NCBI GenBank assembly: GCA_963715985.1
Contig: CAVQSP010000019.1
Span: forward strand, 1-18,618
Length of the DNA stretch: 18,618 nt
Direction: 5' to 3'
Source of the DNA: an uncultured Thermoleophilia bacterium
GTDB taxonomy: Bacteria; Actinomycetota; Thermoleophilia; UBA2241
The translations under genes were made by a program, and so were the position numbers. A model generated the notes under the pieces. It had not been told where the DNA came from and ran no database searches. It saw only the letters and a program-made list of their open reading frames with translations. Shown piece by piece: positions 16,252-18,618 of the stretch (positions are counted from its first letter, which is position 1; every line of letters starts with the position of its first letter).

Positions 16252-17323
16252 TCAGCAGATGCGCGGCAGCAACTCCCCCACCGGCATGTCGAGGACGCGG
16301 CGCGTGCCGAACGCCGTGCGAAGGGCCACGCGGCCGGGGTGCGCGGCCGTCACGAAGCCGATGCGCCGCGCCTCGACGCCGTACGGCGTACCCCGCATGG
16401 CCGAGACCACGGCATCGGCCGCCTCCGGCGCGACTACGGCGACCATCTTGCCCTCGTTCGCCAGCGAGTAGGGATCGTATCCGAGCAGTTCGCAGACCGA
16501 GCGCACGGCCGGCGAGACCGGGACGGCCGCCTCCTCGATCTCGACGCCGAGATCGGCCTCTTCGGCCAGCTCCGCAAGCACCGTGGTGAGGCCGCCGCGC
16601 GTCGGGTCGCGAAGGAACCGCAGGGCTGGGGCATCCACCTGGCCGCCGGCTGCAGACGCATCCGACGGCGGCGAGGCCCCGGCGTCGCGAGCTGCAGCCA
16701 CCGCCGCCTCGACGAGTCCCCACAGAGGGGCGCAGTCGCTGCGCACGTCGGCGGTGAAGCTTGAACTCGCCCCGTGCCGCCAGGACGGCCACAGCGTGGT
16801 CGCCGATACCGCCGCTCAGGACGACCGCGTCGCCCTCACGGACCGCGGTCGCTCCCAGCCGGTGCCGCACGACGACATCCCCCACGCCGGTCGTGGTGAT
16901 GAAGAGGCCGTCGCAGGCGCCGCGCTCCACCACCTTGGTGTCGCCGGTGACGATCGGCACGCCGACCTCGCGCGCGGTGTCCGCGATGCTGGCGCAGATG
17001 GCGTTCAAGCTGTCGAGAGCGAACCCCTCCTCGATGATGAAGGCGGCGGCGAGCGCCAGCGGCCGCGCCGCCGCCGTCGCCAGGTCGTTCACGGTGCCGG
17101 CCACCGCAAGGCGGCCGATGTCGCCGCCGGGGAAGGTGAGCGGCTGCACCACGTGGCTGTCGGTGGTGAAGGCGATGCGGCCGCCGGTGGCGAGCTCGGC
17201 CGCATCGTCCAGACGCTCGAGCACCGGATTGGCGAAGGCGCGTACGAAGACGTCCCGGACGAGGTCGCGGTACAGCCTGCCGCCACTGCCGTGACCCAGG
17301 AGGACGCGGCCGCCGTCAGTCAT
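16252..17323 (-). CDS. hypE: Hydrogenase maturation protein HypE (one apparent frameshift ~16760)
   Basis: LGHGSGG, FTTDSHVV, FPGGDIGRLAVAGTVNDL, VTGDTKVV / SDCAPL, RDPTRGG, ANEG, C-terminal GELLPRIC. Confidence 0.93.
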
Positions 17324-18380
17324 CGATGCCGCGGAAGCGATAGCGAGCGGCGCAGGCGCCCTCGCTGCTGACCATGCAGGCGCCCACGGGCGCCTGCGGC
17401 GTACAGCGAGTACCGAACAGCGCGCAGGCCGCCGGGTCCAGCACACCGCGCAGGACCTCGCCGCAGCTGCAGCATGCCGGCTCCTGCGGCGAGCCGGCGT
17501 CCACGGCGAAGCGGCGCCCGGCGTCCATGTCTTCGAACTCCCGGCTCAGCGCGAGCCCGGACTCGGGGATCACGCCCAGCCCGCGCCAGTCGGCGTCGGC
17601 CGGCTCGAACACCCGCTCGAGCAGCTGCTGCGCCACGACGTTGCCCTCGGGGCGCACCGCGCGGGTGTACTCGATCTCGACCGCCGGCCGAGTCTGGCGC
17701 ACGATCCTCAGCAGCGCCCGGAGGATGTCCCCCGGCTCGAAGCCCGCCACGACGCCGGCCACCCGGTACTCGCCGGCCAGGAACTCGTAGCAGGCGGTGC
17801 CGGTGATCACGCTGACGTGGCCGGGCAGCAGGAACCCGCCGATAGGCGTCTCACCGAGATCGAGCAGCGCCCGCAGCGCCAGCGGCATGGTCTTGTGCAT
17901 GCTGAGCACGGAGAAGTTGTGGACCCCGCTCGCACGAGCCTCCAGAAGGGCGGCGGCGACGGTGGGCGCCGTGGTCTCGAAGCCGATGCCGGCGAACACG
18001 ACTTCACGATCCGGCTCCGCGGCGGCGATGGCGACGGCATCCCGCGCCGAGTAGACGACGCGCACGTCGGCGCCCGCGGCGCGCTCCGCCGCAAGGGTGG
18101 TCGCCGAGGCGGGCACGCGGATGAGGTCACCGAACGTCGTCACGGTGACCTGGGGCAGGCGGGCGAGCGCGACCATCTGGTCGAGATCGGAGACGCACGT
18201 GACGCAGACCGGACAGCCCGGGCCCGAGATCAGACTCAGACCGGCCGGAAGAAGTTCGCGCAGCCCGTAGCGGGCGACGGCCATGGTGTGTGTCCCGCAC
18301 ACCTCCATCACGGTGAGAGCGGCGGGAGCGGCGGCCTGCAGCTCGGCCGCGAGGCCACGGAGGGTCTCAGTCTGGTCCAT
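17316..18380 (-). CDS. hypD: Hydrogenase maturation protein HypD
   Basis: MEVCGTHT, SGPGCPVCV, GFETTAP, PGHVS, CSCGEVLRG, CTPQAPVGACMVSSEGACAA. Confidence 0.96.
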   Translation of the reverse strand: MDQTETLRGLAAELQAAAPAALTVMEVCGTHTMAVARYGLRELLPAGLSLISGPGCPVCVTCVSDLDQMVALARLPQVTVTTFGDLIRVPASATTLAAERAAGADVRVVYSARDAVAIAAAEPDREVVFAGIGFETTAPTVAAALLEARASGVHNFSVLSMHKTMPLALRALLDLGETPIGGFLLPGHVSVITGTACYEFLAGEYRVAGVVAGFEPGDILRALLRIVRQTRPAVEIEYTRAVRPEGNVVAQQLLERVFEPADADWRGLGVIPESGLALSREFEDMDAGRRFAVDAGSPQEPACCSCGEVLRGVLDPAACALFGTRCTPQAPVGACMVSSEGACAARYRFRGIDD

Positions 18381-18618
18381 CGGCTGAGGCCTCATCCTCG
18401 CCGGTGAGCTCGTCGAGCGCGCCGATCTCGCGCAGGAGCTCGACGTCTCCAGCGCATCCGCCTCGTCGAGCACGCTGATGGCGTAGCCGGCGTGGACGAG
18501 CACGTAGTCGCCGATCCCCGCCTCGGGCACGAGCAGCACGTTGCACCGCTGCTCGAGGCCGGCGGCGGCGATCGTGGCCAGCGTGCCCTCGAGGGCGGTG
18601 ATGAGCATGGGTACTGCG
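18367..18618 (-). CDS. hypC: Hydrogenase chaperone HypC (start just outside the window; apparent frameshift ~18443)
   Basis: AVPMLI...IGDYVLVHAGYAISVLDEADALET / ELLREIGALDELTGEDEASADGPD*; the MCL start is expected a few bases beyond the edge. Confidence 0.9.
   Translation of the reverse strand, partial: RSTHAHHRPRGHAGHDRRRRPRAAVQRAARARGGDRRLRARPRRLRHQRARRGGCAGDVELLREIGALDELTGEDEASADGPD

Noticed and set aside
5657-16764. Long antisense and alternate-frame ORFs (e.g. 8125-9567, 9825-11324, 11537-13711, 15081-16589)
   Set aside because: Shadow ORFs typical of high-GC genes; Arg/Ala/Pro-rich with no motifs, overlapping well-supported genes.
17316-18608. HypC-HypD fusion (430 aa)
   Set aside because: One missing base near 18443; the HypC tail continues in another frame to a stop at 18367, and HypD has its own ATG at 18380.

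Overview
The window appears to join two different kinds of DNA at about position 2925. The left part (1-~2925) is rich in frameshifts and resembles planctomycete DNA, judged from recalled protein families rather than a search. It holds a broken Tat-signal aldo/keto reductase, about 1.2 kb of non-coding repeats (a 25-bp tandem array, a perfect 22-bp hairpin and a GTAG-type REP-like cluster), an internally deleted agarase-like gene and a truncated probable AAA-ATPase N-terminus. The right part is very GC-rich and looks actinobacterial. It begins with a decayed prophage relic (P27-like terminase small subunit fragment abutting a dead tyrosine-integrase tail) at the 3' end of tRNA-Met, followed by tRNA-Tyr and tRNA-Thr. 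Next is a complete group 3b (sulfhydrogenase-type) [NiFe] hydrogenase operon (beta-gamma-delta-alpha-protease) with a Rex/CRP-like palindrome upstream. A soluble histidine kinase with an N-terminal Rossmann-like sensor domain and a divergent stand-alone receiver protein follow. On the minus strand lie hypC-hypD-hypE, then a saccharopine-dehydrogenase-family gene and a three-gene sarcosine-oxidase/proline-dehydrogenase-like flavoenzyme that lacks the folate domain. The best candidate for an undescribed system is a redox-sensing two-component pair plus an amine-oxidising module embedded in the hydrogenase locus.
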